From an uncultured Roseivirgaceae bacterium (lineage in GTDB: Bacteria > Bacteroidota > Bacteroidia > Cytophagales > Cyclobacteriaceae): 64,000 nt of DNA. Shown in pieces: positions 1 through 9,655 of this stretch. Every line of letters begins with the position of its first letter. Position 1 is the first letter of the stretch. The stretch spans positions 15,604-79,603 of the forward strand of contig CAYMWA010000002.1 in the NCBI GenBank assembly GCA_964393795.1. The letters run 5' to 3'. The notes under the pieces were generated by a model, which made no database searches, was not told the origin of the DNA, and was given only the letters and a program-made list of their open reading frames with translations. Made by a program: the position numbers and the translations under genes.

Positions 1-702
1 GGAACCGGTCTTAACACGCCCAAAGGATATGATGTGTTGGTGGCGAAGAAGATCGCTGCGCTGACAGGGTATCCGTTTGTTACGGCGCCCAACAAGTTTG
101 AAGCACTTGCTGCGCATGACGCGATGGTGGAATTGTCAGGCGCACTGAAGCGCGCCGCTGTTTCCCTGATGAAGATTGGCAACGACATCCGCATGCTAAG
201 TTCGGGACCGCGTTGTGGTATCGGTGAAATTATCATCCCTGACAATGAGCCGGGATCATCGATCATGCCCGGCAAGGTCAATCCGACACAGCCGGAGGCA
301 CTGACCATGGTGTGCGCACAGGTGATGGGCAATGATACTGCCGTGACCATCGGCGGTGCGACGGGGCACTTTGAATTAAACGTTTTCAAGCCGGTCATCG
401 CAGCGAACGTGCTACAGTCGGCACGACTGATCGGCGATGCGTGTGTTTCATTCACTGACAATTGCGCCGTCGGCATTAAAGCCAATGAGCCGGTGCTGAA
501 GCAACACCTCGAAAATTCACTTATGCTGGTAACGGCCCTGAACACGCACATTGGCTACGAAAACGCGGCCAAAATTGCCAAGAAAGCGCACAAGGAAAAC
601 ATGACCCTGCGGGAGGCTGCGGTCGCACTCGGCTTGCTGACATCGGAGCAGTTTGATGAGTGGGTGAGACCGGAAAAGATGGTGGGAAACCCTGATAAAT
701 AA
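1..702 (+). CDS. fumC: Class II fumarate hydratase, 5' truncated by the window edge
   Basis: Frame is open from base 1 ([10 protein letters not shown]...). It has the fumarase signature [13 protein letters not shown] and the C-terminal [19 protein letters not shown]-type segment. Confidence 0.97.
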   Translation, partial: GTGLNTPKGYDVLVAKKIAALTGYPFVTAPNKFEALAAHDAMVELSGALKRAAVSLMKIGNDIRMLSSGPRCGIGEIIIPDNEPGSSIMPGKVNPTQPEALTMVCAQVMGNDTAVTIGGATGHFELNVFKPVIAANVLQSARLIGDACVSFTDNCAVGIKANEPVLKQHLENSLMLVTALNTHIGYENAAKIAKKAHKENMTLREAAVALGLLTSEQFDEWVRPEKMVGNPDK

Positions 703-834
703 GGTGCATTGGGGATATCCGAAAATTATTTGTATGTTTATTGTACGTTAAGGTATTGTGCAGCAGCGAGTTTGAGGTGACCGCGGCGCATGGAAGATGC
801 TCCGCTCCTGAAATGAAACTCAATTTTTAACCAT

Positions 835-1473
835 ATGAATCACAGACTTGTCTTATTTTTTTGTCTGGCTTTAATTTTTTCAACTTCAACCAGTTTTGCA
901 CAGCTTTCCAAAAAAGAAAGGAAGGAGTGGAAGAACAAAGCCAAGGAGTTTAAGCGTAACCCTGAAAGCCTCAGGCAGTTGATCGAAGATAAAGAAGCTG
1001 CTGAAGGGCAGGTATCGTCACTCACTGACCGCTTGTCTAAGTTGCAGTCCACCATGAGCAACAAGGATGCGCGCATTGCCGAACTCGAAGACCAACTCTC
1101 GGCGGCGCGTGCGCAACTCACCAGCCTTCGGGCAGAGGTGGCGCAGCTCAAGGCGGCACCTGTGGTGAATGAAATGGATTTTTCGAAGGGAGTTGTCTTC
1201 AAGGTGCAGATCGGTGCTTTCAAGAACAAAGATCTTCAAAAGTACTTTGACAACAACCCGAACCTCGGCGGCGAAGTCAAGGATGGCGAGCCGCAGAAAA
1301 TCACAATCGGTATTTTCCGCGACTACTGGGAAGCTGATCAGTTTAAAAAATACATGCGTGAGATGGGTGTCAAAGATGCGTGGATCGTGCCCTATCGCGA
1401 TGGACAACGTGTTGAAATAAAGGATGTCCTCGAAGGCGTTGTGAGCGAAAAATCCGCCGGGACAAGCAACTGA
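835..1473 (+). CDS. Secreted coiled-coil protein with a C-terminal SPOR-like domain
   Basis: Signal peptide ending FAQ, a long heptad-like coiled coil, then FKVQIGAF...GIFRDYWEADQFKKYMREMGVKDAWIVPY, which resembles SPOR domains. Confidence 0.75.
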   Translation: MNHRLVLFFCLALIFSTSTSFAQLSKKERKEWKNKAKEFKRNPESLRQLIEDKEAAEGQVSSLTDRLSKLQSTMSNKDARIAELEDQLSAARAQLTSLRAEVAQLKAAPVVNEMDFSKGVVFKVQIGAFKNKDLQKYFDNNPNLGGEVKDGEPQKITIGIFRDYWEADQFKKYMREMGVKDAWIVPYRDGQRVEIKDVLEGVVSEKSAGTSN

Positions 1474-1496
1474 TTTTCAAGAGAGAAAAGAGAAAG

Positions 1497-1530
1497 GCAG
1501 GGATGCGGAGACGTATCCCTGCTTTTTTTT
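1497..1530 (+). terminator. Rho-independent terminator
   Basis: GCAGGGATGCG-GAGA-CGTATCCCTGC stem (one G-U pair) followed by T8. Confidence 0.9.
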
Positions 1531-1588
1531 GGATGAGACGCGCTGGCGGGTGCGACATCATCTGATCGTGCATAAACACCAGATGGAG

Positions 1589-1619
1589 TTTGGCCGTAGG
1601 CATTTCCCGACTATTTTTG
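1589..1619 (+). promoter_or_regulatory. Bacteroidota housekeeping promoter (-33/-7)
   Basis: TTTG (1589-1592), a 19-nt spacer, then TATTTTTG (1612-1619), matching TTTG-N19-21-TAnnTTTG. Confidence 0.75.
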
Positions 1620-1623
1620 TAGA

Positions 1624-2403
1624 ATGAGGAGCCTAATCGTATTGCTATTGTGGTGTTGTTGTCTCTCCCTGCAGGCCCAAATCCGCGTAAGCAAATTGAT
1701 CATCAGACCGCATGAGGTCTTCCGTATGGATTCGACCGATATTCTTGTTGCGGATTCGCTTATCATGATGGATTCCTCCACGATCAAACTAAACGGTCTG
1801 AAGGCGGAAAATTTCATTCGGACGAATGTGGCTGTCTTTGGCAAACACACCCGCATCGACGGACGGGGTGTCCGCGGTAAGAAGGGCACCAATGGCACGT
1901 CGGGACTTACGCCAGTCGGTCCCTGCCGGGACGGTGTGCCTGGCAGGAATGGATTGCGGGGCCTTAGCGGAGGGGCCGGAATCAATCTTTTTTTATATAT
2001 TGATAAAATTCACATGGACGGCGACCTGACCATCGACCTCGCCGGCGGAAATGGAGGCGACGGCGGCGATGGCGGCAACGGCGGCGGTGGAAGTCCCGGA
2101 ACCCAGCATTGTAATGGCGGAGACGGCGGAAGGGGTGGCAACGGCGGCGCCGGGGGTGATGGCGGCCGCGGTGGTGTGCTCACTATCGGTGGCCGTGACG
2201 CCATGGTAACCAAAGCGTTGATTGGCAACTTGCTTACAGTTAGAAATAACGGCGGCGCATTTGGATACGGTGGCATTAGTGGCGCAGGCGGTCCGCCCGG
2301 CCTTGGCCCGAACCGGCGGCACGGAAAGCGCGGAGAAAAGGGCATCGATGGCATCTACGGACGTTCAGGTGATGGCGGAACCGTTCTTTTTGAAGAACAA
2401 TGA
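1624..2403 (+). CDS. Secreted glycine-rich (collagen-like/PGII) hypothetical protein
   Basis: Signal peptide ending LQAQ. GXY and GGX tracts are separated by short hydrophobic beta-strand-like segments. The stop lies 3 nt before recJ. Confidence 0.8.
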   Translation: MRSLIVLLLWCCCLSLQAQIRVSKLIIRPHEVFRMDSTDILVADSLIMMDSSTIKLNGLKAENFIRTNVAVFGKHTRIDGRGVRGKKGTNGTSGLTPVGPCRDGVPGRNGLRGLSGGAGINLFLYIDKIHMDGDLTIDLAGGNGGDGGDGGNGGGGSPGTQHCNGGDGGRGGNGGAGGDGGRGGVLTIGGRDAMVTKALIGNLLTVRNNGGAFGYGGISGAGGPPGLGPNRRHGKRGEKGIDGIYGRSGDGGTVLFEEQ

Positions 2404-2406
2404 CGA

Positions 2407-4107
2407 ATGGATAAACGCTGGATATTTAAAGACCTTCCCTCCCGCAGCCAGATCGAACAGCTGGCGCGCGCGATTAATACCAACCCGTACCTGACAACGG
2501 TGCTCCTACAGCGTGGTATTACAGATTTTGAAAGCGCGAAACAGTTCTTCAGGCCGACACTCGATCAATTACACGACCCTTTCCTGATGAAGGATATGGA
2601 TCGCGCCGTGGAGCGCTTGAAAGCTGCGCTCGACCGTGAAGAGAAAATTCTCATCTACGGAGACTACGATGTTGACGGCACCACGGCCGTCGCACTGGTG
2701 TACCGGTACCTCCATAAGTTTTATCCCGGATGTGATATCTACATCCCCGACCGCTATGCTGAGGGTTACGGCGTATCGCGGGCGGGCGTCGAGTTTGCAG
2801 CGGCCAATGGCTACAGCCTCATCATCGCACTTGATTGTGGCATCAAATCTTCGGAACTGGTTCGCCTCGCCGACAACAAAGGCATAGACTTCATCATTTG
2901 CGATCACCACCTGCCTGGCGACACAATACCGGACGCCGTTGCCGTGCTTGATCCGAAACGGGCGGATTGTCACTATCCCTGCGCTGAATTGAGTGGCTGC
3001 GGTCTCGGGTTTAAGTTTATGCAAGCGTTTGCCCGCCGCTATCGCGATGAGGCAGCCGTGTTTGAATACCTTGATCTGGTGGCGGTGAGCATTGCATCTG
3101 ACGTCGTGCCGATCATAGATGAAAACCGCGTCCTGGCCTACTATGGACTAAAGAAGCTCAATGATAGTCCGACGCCCGGTCTGAAAGCCCTCAAAGAGAT
3201 TGCAGGGATCAAAAGCGACCTTGACATGTCAGGTGTTATCTTCACACTGGGCCCGCGCATCAATGCGGCGGGCAGGGTCGCACACGCAAGTGCGGCCGTT
3301 GACCTGCTGATTGCCAAAGATGAGGCGGAAGCAATGGCGCTCGCTGAGAAATTGAACCTGAAGAATGAACTACGCAAAGAGTACGACTCGTCGATTACCG
3401 AGGAGGCGTTGGCCATGATTGCCGACAACGACCAGGAGGGGCCCCAAAAATCAACAGTACTTTTCAAAAACACCTGGCACAAGGGCGTGATTGGCATAGT
3501 TGCTGCACGGTGTATTGAAAAATTTTACAGACCAACTGTGATCCTTACGGAATCGAATAACAAAATCACGGGGTCGGCGCGGAGCGTGAATGGCTTTGAT
3601 CTCTACCAGGCGATTCTCAGCTGCGGCGACCTGCTCGAAAAATTCGGTGGACATAAATATGCAGCCGGTCTGACACTTGACGCCAGCAACCTGGACGCTT
3701 TCCGGCAGCGTTTCGAGGAGGTCGTTTCTTCCACCATTACCGACGACATGATGACACCGGTTATCGAAATCGACTGCTCGATTCCGTTGGATGCCGTGAA
3801 CGCAAAGTTTGTAAACGTGTTAAAGCAAATGGGTCCGTTTGGACCTGAGAACCCGCAACCTGTTTTTGAAACGTCCGGCGTGTTTGCCTTCAATTCTTTG
3901 TCGAGCTTTAAGGACCGGCATATCAAATTTCTCGCGCGGCAGAATGGCGGCGAAAGGGTGGTGCAGGCAGTTGGCTTTGATATGGTCAGTTACTACGAGC
4001 GGATATCACAAAGTGACAACTTCCGCATGGTCTACACGATAGAGGAGAACGTCTACAACGGAACAAGTACTATTCAACTGCGGATAAAGGACATTAAATT
4101 TGACTAA
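2407..4107 (+). CDS. recJ: Single-stranded-DNA-specific exonuclease RecJ
   Basis: DHH motifs GDYDVDG, LDCG, DHH and DHHA1 GSARS...FGGH. Confidence 0.97.
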   Translation: MDKRWIFKDLPSRSQIEQLARAINTNPYLTTVLLQRGITDFESAKQFFRPTLDQLHDPFLMKDMDRAVERLKAALDREEKILIYGDYDVDGTTAVALVYRYLHKFYPGCDIYIPDRYAEGYGVSRAGVEFAAANGYSLIIALDCGIKSSELVRLADNKGIDFIICDHHLPGDTIPDAVAVLDPKRADCHYPCAELSGCGLGFKFMQAFARRYRDEAAVFEYLDLVAVSIASDVVPIIDENRVLAYYGLKKLNDSPTPGLKALKEIAGIKSDLDMSGVIFTLGPRINAAGRVAHASAAVDLLIAKDEAEAMALAEKLNLKNELRKEYDSSITEEALAMIADNDQEGPQKSTVLFKNTWHKGVIGIVAARCIEKFYRPTVILTESNNKITGSARSVNGFDLYQAILSCGDLLEKFGGHKYAAGLTLDASNLDAFRQRFEEVVSSTITDDMMTPVIEIDCSIPLDAVNAKFVNVLKQMGPFGPENPQPVFETSGVFAFNSLSSFKDRHIKFLARQNGGERVVQAVGFDMVSYYERISQSDNFRMVYTIEENVYNGTSTIQLRIKDIKFD

Positions 4108-4110
4108 GGC

Positions 4111-4854
4111 ATGACCCTGCGCGCGGAACATTTATACAAAAAATACAAGTCACGTACTGTCGTCAATGACATATCGGTCCGGGTCGACCAGGGCGAAATT
4201 GTCGGGCTGTTGGGGCCAAACGGTGCAGGCAAGACCACGAGCTTCTATATGATCGTCGGTTTGATCAAACCTAACGACGGCAAGATCTTCCTGGAGGACG
4301 ACGATATCACCGGACTGCCTATGTACCAGCGTGCCAAACGAGGGATCGGTTATCTCGCCCAGGAGGCGTCGGTGTTTCGCAAACTGTCAGTGGAGGAAAA
4401 CATTATGGCGGTTCTCGAAATGCGCGATTACACAAAACAACAACGCCGCGAAAAGACGGATCAGCTCATTGAAGAATTCAGCTTGCAAAAGGTAAGAAAG
4501 AACCTGGGCATGTCATTGTCAGGCGGAGAACGCCGGAGAACGGAGATCGCACGGGCGCTGGCGGTTGATCCCAAATTCGTCTTGCTCGATGAGCCGTTCG
4601 CAGGCGTCGATCCGATAGCAGTGGAAGAGATCCAGATGATTGTCGCCAAACTCAAGCACAAAAACATCGGCATACTCATTACGGATCACAACGTCGATGA
4701 AACGCTCTCGATCACCGACCGCGCATACCTGATGGTAGATGGAAAACTTTTCAAGGCAGGCACAGCTGAAGATCTTGCCAACGATCCGCTGGTGCGGAAA
4801 GTCTACCTGGGCCAGAATTTCAAACTTCGCCGGGCCAACATCAACATGCCTTGA
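4111..4854 (+). CDS. lptB: LPS export ABC transporter ATP-binding protein
   Basis: [34 protein letters not shown] and VYLG, typical of LptB. Confidence 0.95.
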   Translation: MTLRAEHLYKKYKSRTVVNDISVRVDQGEIVGLLGPNGAGKTTSFYMIVGLIKPNDGKIFLEDDDITGLPMYQRAKRGIGYLAQEASVFRKLSVEENIMAVLEMRDYTKQQRREKTDQLIEEFSLQKVRKNLGMSLSGGERRRTEIARALAVDPKFVLLDEPFAGVDPIAVEEIQMIVAKLKHKNIGILITDHNVDETLSITDRAYLMVDGKLFKAGTAEDLANDPLVRKVYLGQNFKLRRANINMP

Positions 4855-4897
4855 TGCATCCTACGGCTACTATCCACGTTGTGTGAACGGTTGTGGA

Positions 4898-5362
4898 TTA
4901 CGGCACTAACGCGCGAATTTCCGTCCACACGATGTCGGCCTCATATCCTTTTTGGATGGCGAATTTTGACAGCTTGTCGCGAAGAACGAACACGTTTTCC
5001 GCTGCGACGGCCTGTTGCTTTTCACGCAACAATGTACGAAGTGTGTCGATGTAGTCGTTGTCGTCGATTTCCTTAAGCGCGATGCGGATACAATTTGAAG
5101 AGACGCCCTTGCCTTCCAACGCGTGTACAATCCGCACTCGTCCCCACTTTTTCATTCTGAACTTGCCGCCTGCAAAAGCTTTGGCAAACCGCTCTTCGTT
5201 GAGGAACCCGTCTGTGACCAGGTCGGAGAGGATCTCGTCCACCTCCGAGCGGTAGAGGCCATATGTATACAGCTTGTTGCGTACCTCGCTATGGGCGCGT
5301 TCCTGATACGCACAGTATTTTTCAATCTTTTCGCGCGCCTGTTGTGGAGTGAGGGTCTTCAT
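4898..5362 (-). CDS. recX: Regulatory protein RecX (likely start MKTLTP)
   Basis: YCAYQER, FLNEERFA, KKWG..I...L..KG and QKGY motifs. Confidence 0.9.
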   Translation of the reverse strand: MKTLTPQQAREKIEKYCAYQERAHSEVRNKLYTYGLYRSEVDEILSDLVTDGFLNEERFAKAFAGGKFRMKKWGRVRIVHALEGKGVSSNCIRIALKEIDDNDYIDTLRTLLREKQQAVAAENVFVLRDKLSKFAIQKGYEADIVWTEIRALVP

Positions 5363-5421
5363 GGCCACTACTGTTTGGTTGCACATCAGCCGGCACTCAT
5401 GCGGTCGCCCTGCCCGAACCG

Positions 5422-5904
5422 CTACGACGTCTTCACCAGCCCCTTGTTGCGCAGTATACTTGAAAGAAACTTGCGCTCATTCTCGGTGTTGAAGATACGG
5501 AACGGCAAATGAATAAGCTGCGCCTTGTTGAGGAAGAGTACGAAGTAGTCTTTGCCGATCACCGCTTGCTTGATCTGGTCCCACTTCATCGGCATGCCCT
5601 CTCGCGGATTGATCTTCATGATAATCTGCTGGCTGCTGATTTCGTAGGAGAACCGTTCGAACAGCATCTTGCCCTGCTCAAGTTGTGTAACGCCGTAGAA
5701 CTGTACCCACCAGAAAAGCATGTAAAGGCCCAGGCCGGTGAAGGCGCCAATGAACCACCAGATGCTGGGGATCCAGATGTAGCCCAGGCAAATTACAAAG
5801 GCGGCCAGCGCGGCGATCCATCCCTGCCGCCGCATGATTTGGCGGAAAGCCAGACGGATATAAGTCTTCTTGTCGAGTTTGTAATTCTTCGTTTTTACAA
5901 TCAT
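5422..5904 (-). CDS. YcxB-family membrane protein
   Basis: Two TM helices followed by a PH-like C-terminus (MKWDQIKQA...FVLFL...LIHLPFRIF). Confidence 0.7.
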   Translation of the reverse strand: MIVKTKNYKLDKKTYIRLAFRQIMRRQGWIAALAAFVICLGYIWIPSIWWFIGAFTGLGLYMLFWWVQFYGVTQLEQGKMLFERFSYEISSQQIIMKINPREGMPMKWDQIKQAVIGKDYFVLFLNKAQLIHLPFRIFNTENERKFLSSILRNKGLVKTS

Positions 5905-5907
5905 ACG

Positions 5908-6783
5908 TTAATTTCTTTTGTGCTGGTGCACGGCCTTCAGGCTGAGGTCCAGACTTCTTACTGCATGCGTCAGTGCGCCCACGGATATATAGTCCACGCC
6001 GGTCTCCGCTATATCACGTATGGTCGCTTCCGAGATGCCCCCGCTCGCTTCGGACTTCGCAGCGTTGCCGATCATCCTGACCGCTTCGCGCATCGTCGCG
6101 AGATCCATGTTGTCGAGCATGATGATATCTACGCCGCCGTTATCCAGCACTTCCTGCACCTCTGAAAGGGTGCGCGTTTCAATCTCCACTGACAGTTTCC
6201 GGCCAGTGGCGCGAAGATAATCTTTTGTTCGATTGATTGCTGCGGAAATTCCGCCCGCCATGTCGATATGATTGTCTTTCAGCATAATCATGTCGAACAA
6301 TCCCATCCGGTGGTTCTTTCCGCCGCCAATGCGCACGGCCCACTTCTCAAGCAATCTGAAGTTCGGTGTCGTCTTTCTCGTGTCGAGCAGCTGTGCGTTC
6401 GTACCGGCAATCAGTGAAGCGTAATGATGAGTTTTCGTCGCGATGGCGCTCATCCGTTGCAGACAGTTGAGCACAACCCGTTCAACAGTCAGTATGGTAC
6501 GTGCACTGCCGCTAACGGTAAACGCGATGTCGCCAGGCTTCGCAGCTTCACCATCATGCAGAAAGACCTGTATGTCGAGCGATGGATCGCGATAGGTGAA
6601 AATATTGCGGGCGAGTTCAATGCCGGCCAGTATGCCATTATCCTTCACCAGAAGTTGCGCGCTGCTTTGTTGGTCAAAAGGAATGGCGGCGAGCGTGCTA
6701 TGGTCACCATCGCCAATGTCTTCATCAAGCGCGTCGGCGATGAACTGCTTCAGGAACTGGTCGGTAATGTATTCCGGTCTCAC
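5908..6783 (-). CDS. nadC: Quinolinate phosphoribosyltransferase
   Basis: LDTRKTTP, HRMGLFDMIMLKDNH, IMLDN and EASGGI motifs. Confidence 0.97.
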   Translation of the reverse strand: MRPEYITDQFLKQFIADALDEDIGDGDHSTLAAIPFDQQSSAQLLVKDNGILAGIELARNIFTYRDPSLDIQVFLHDGEAAKPGDIAFTVSGSARTILTVERVVLNCLQRMSAIATKTHHYASLIAGTNAQLLDTRKTTPNFRLLEKWAVRIGGGKNHRMGLFDMIMLKDNHIDMAGGISAAINRTKDYLRATGRKLSVEIETRTLSEVQEVLDNGGVDIIMLDNMDLATMREAVRMIGNAAKSEASGGISEATIRDIAETGVDYISVGALTHAVRSLDLSLKAVHQHKRN

Positions 6784-6847
6784 TCGGCAAAAATAGACTG
6801 CCTTTCCGGAATTCGAGCGAAACGGGGTTTATTTGTGGGCCGGGGGG

Positions 6848-7255
6848 CTATTCTTTTTCGCGGGAAAACGATATTTCGTGCAGTAGCTGTTGGCGATTGA
6901 CCGACTTGATTTTCATAAAGACCCGGTATGTTTCCTTCCCGCTTTTGTATTGACCAATGGCAAAAGGCTGACCCCCCTTCGACGATCCCTGATGGATGAT
7001 GTTGAATTCGGCGGGAGGATGCTGGCGGAAGAAATCACGGAAAACAAACTCGGCCTGCGCCTTGCTGTAGGACTGGACCTTTCCCTCTATCGTCACATCA
7101 ACCGTCTGGAACAAGTACCGCGACAATTCTTTTGCGCTGCCAGCCTTGATGGTCTCCTTTACCTCGGCAATGACGTCGCCCTGCGCATAGGAGGCGAACG
7201 CTTGTAAGGTCAGGAGGCAAAAAACTATTAACGCTATTGATCTGTTCAAGTTCAT
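6848..7255 (-). CDS. DUF4783-like secreted protein
   Basis: Signal peptide plus YSKAQAEFVFRDFF..HPP, and its position between nadC and gpmI. The family name is from recall. Confidence 0.7.
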   Translation of the reverse strand: MNLNRSIALIVFCLLTLQAFASYAQGDVIAEVKETIKAGSAKELSRYLFQTVDVTIEGKVQSYSKAQAEFVFRDFFRQHPPAEFNIIHQGSSKGGQPFAIGQYKSGKETYRVFMKIKSVNRQQLLHEISFSREKE

Positions 7256-7367
7256 GACAGTGTTGATTAATGGCGAAAACTATGCCATTGTTTGAAAGAT
7301 GGTGAAATTACTTCCTTCCGGGATCGCTTCAAGTTGGTGCGGGTGCAACGAAATCTTCTTATCGTGT

Positions 7368-7375
7368 TATATTTG
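7368..7375 (+). promoter_or_regulatory. Candidate -7 promoter box for gpmI
   Basis: TATATTTG matches TAnnTTTG. No clear -33 TTTG was seen. Confidence 0.5.
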
Positions 7376-7522
7376 CGCCTTTCAGGTCAAACATCCTTGA
7401 AAAATGACGATTGTCAGGGCAGCGCCTGGGTGAAATATACGGGTTGAAAAAAATATTATCGCTGTTTTGATTCTGTTTGGGCCGACATCAGCCGACCGAC
7501 ATAAAATTAAAGTTATTAGCAC

Positions 7523-9049
7523 ATGAACAAAAAGGTTTTATTGATGATTTTGGACGGCTGGGGCATTGCAACGAACAAGAACGTTTCGGCGGTAGACCAG
7601 GCAAAAACGCCCTTTATCGACAGCCTTTATCAGCGGTATCCGCACAGCAAATTGCAGGCGTCAGGTCTCGCTGTGGGACTGCCGGAAGGCCAAATGGGAA
7701 ATTCGGAAGTCGGGCACATGAACATCGGCGCCGGGAGAGTCGTGTATCAGGATCTTGTACGCATCAACAAGGCCCTGGAAGACGGCGAGCTGGCACAAAA
7801 CCCGGTCCTTGGCGCGGCACTTAACTATGCAGTCGAAAATAATAAGGCGGTACATTTCATGGGCCTCCTCTCCAACGGCGGCGTGCATGCACACATTGAG
7901 CACCTTAAGGGATTGCTCTCTATTGCGCACGACAAGGGCGCGCCACGTGTTTTTGTTCACGCCTTTATGGACGGCCGCGATACAGACCCCAGGAGCGGAA
8001 CAGGATTTCTGGACGACCTCCTCGCTCACCTGCAAAAAACCGGAGGAAAGCTCGCCAGCATTGTTGGCCGCTACTATGCGATGGACCGTGATAAGCGGTG
8101 GGAACGTGTTAAACTGGCCTACGATCTCCTCGTAAACGGCGCTGGCGAAAAAACGACGGATCCGGTTGCAGCCGTCAGGCAATCATATGAAAATCAGGTT
8201 ACGGATGAATTCATAAAACCGATCGTTGTTACAGGGGCTGACCAGAAGCCTGTTGCCACCATTCAGGAAGGCGACGTGGTGTTGTGCTTCAACTTCCGCA
8301 CCGACCGCGGGCGCGAGATCACACAGGTGCTCTCTCAAACCGACTTCCCGGAGTTCGGAATGAAAAAGCTCAATTTGTACTACGTGACCCTGACAAGCTA
8401 CGATGAATCATTCAAAGGAGTGCGTCCGGTATTTGAAAAGGATAATCTTGAAAAAACGCTGGGTGAAGTAGTCGCTGATGCGGGAAAAAAACAGATCCGC
8501 ATTGCGGAGACTGAAAAGTATCCACACGTCACCTTCTTTTTCTCGGGGGGAAGGGAAACTGTTTTCGAAGGAGAGCGACGAATCCTTTGTCCGTCGCCAA
8601 AGGTAGCCACTTACGATTTGCAACCGGAGATGAGTGCGCGCGACATCCGCGACAAGATTGTCCCTGAACTGCAGGCGGCATCGGCGGATTTTATCTGCCT
8701 CAACTTTGCGAACCCCGATATGGTCGGGCATACCGGCGTCTTTGAAGCGGCGGTGAAGGCATGCGAAACCGTCGATGCGTGCGCACGCGACGTGACGGAA
8801 GCGGCTCGCAGCCAGGGCTATGCGACGATTATTATCGCGGATCATGGAAATGCCGACATCATGATCAATGAAGACGGCACGCCTAATACGGCGCACACGA
8901 CCAACCTTGTTCCCTGCATCCTCGTGGATGACACCTACAAGGGCAAACTGAAGAACGGAAAGCTCGGAGATCTGGCGCCCACGATCCTTACACTCATGGG
9001 GTTGACGCCTCCCAAACAAATGACGGGCGATGTACTATTGGAGGGGTAA
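7523..9049 (+). CDS. gpmI: 2,3-bisphosphoglycerate-independent phosphoglycerate mutase
   Basis: LMILDGWG, GNSEVGH, DGRDT, YYAMDRD, AETEKYPHVTFF, NPDMVGHTG and ADHGNA motifs. Confidence 0.98.
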   Translation: MNKKVLLMILDGWGIATNKNVSAVDQAKTPFIDSLYQRYPHSKLQASGLAVGLPEGQMGNSEVGHMNIGAGRVVYQDLVRINKALEDGELAQNPVLGAALNYAVENNKAVHFMGLLSNGGVHAHIEHLKGLLSIAHDKGAPRVFVHAFMDGRDTDPRSGTGFLDDLLAHLQKTGGKLASIVGRYYAMDRDKRWERVKLAYDLLVNGAGEKTTDPVAAVRQSYENQVTDEFIKPIVVTGADQKPVATIQEGDVVLCFNFRTDRGREITQVLSQTDFPEFGMKKLNLYYVTLTSYDESFKGVRPVFEKDNLEKTLGEVVADAGKKQIRIAETEKYPHVTFFFSGGRETVFEGERRILCPSPKVATYDLQPEMSARDIRDKIVPELQAASADFICLNFANPDMVGHTGVFEAAVKACETVDACARDVTEAARSQGYATIIIADHGNADIMINEDGTPNTAHTTNLVPCILVDDTYKGKLKNGKLGDLAPTILTLMGLTPPKQMTGDVLLEG

Positions 9050-9080
9050 AACAGCTGCGTATCGGAAACGTGCCGTACTG

Positions 9081-9647
9081 ATGTGGTTGTTCGCGATGGT
9101 CTTTCTGGCCGCCTGCGAACAGAGCCGTCAGCCGGCGACTTTTTATCCGATCGACAGCCTGATTTCCGCACAAATCCACCACCTTGCAGACATCAGGGCA
9201 GGACTCTTTAAGGAAGCGCTGCTCAGCGGGGAGCGCGACACGATTAGCTACGTCCCGCAGGATACCATTGCCTGGCTCGATGAACTGGGTATTTTTCGCG
9301 AACTGGACATCATCAACAAACCGGTGAACAGGGATAGCTACCAGGTGGAAGACGGGCTGGATGATCCGGCCAGCAACCTGACGATCAAGGCGTTTTCGAC
9401 CCAAAAAGAACTGCCTGTTGTTTACATGAAAGTCTTTTATCAGGGCACGCTTGAGAAGCCGAGGAAGATTGAGGCTTTGCTTGACGAAGCCAACGCCCTG
9501 TATTCGAGTTCGCGTCTCCTGTCGCTGCATTTTGAACAGGTAGGAGACAAGACAGTACTGACCCGCTATTCGATCGAAGGCGGGCAGCAAATGATTTTTG
9601 GAGATTCGACGTCGTACTATATAAGTGGGAAGATACTGGTTGATTAA
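9081..9647 (+). CDS. Hypothetical lipoprotein (start uncertain; the ORF extends up to 9030)
   Basis: Lipobox LAAC after a hydrophobic stretch. It is tightly packed between gpmI and the ABC exporter. Confidence 0.7.
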   Translation: MWLFAMVFLAACEQSRQPATFYPIDSLISAQIHHLADIRAGLFKEALLSGERDTISYVPQDTIAWLDELGIFRELDIINKPVNRDSYQVEDGLDDPASNLTIKAFSTQKELPVVYMKVFYQGTLEKPRKIEALLDEANALYSSSRLLSLHFEQVGDKTVLTRYSIEGGQQMIFGDSTSYYISGKILVD

Positions 9648-9655
9648 GGAATAAA

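Noticed and set aside
7376-7522. Regulatory RNA or uORF in the long gpmI leader
   Set aside because: Only a 9-codon ORF and no convincing stable structure were found.
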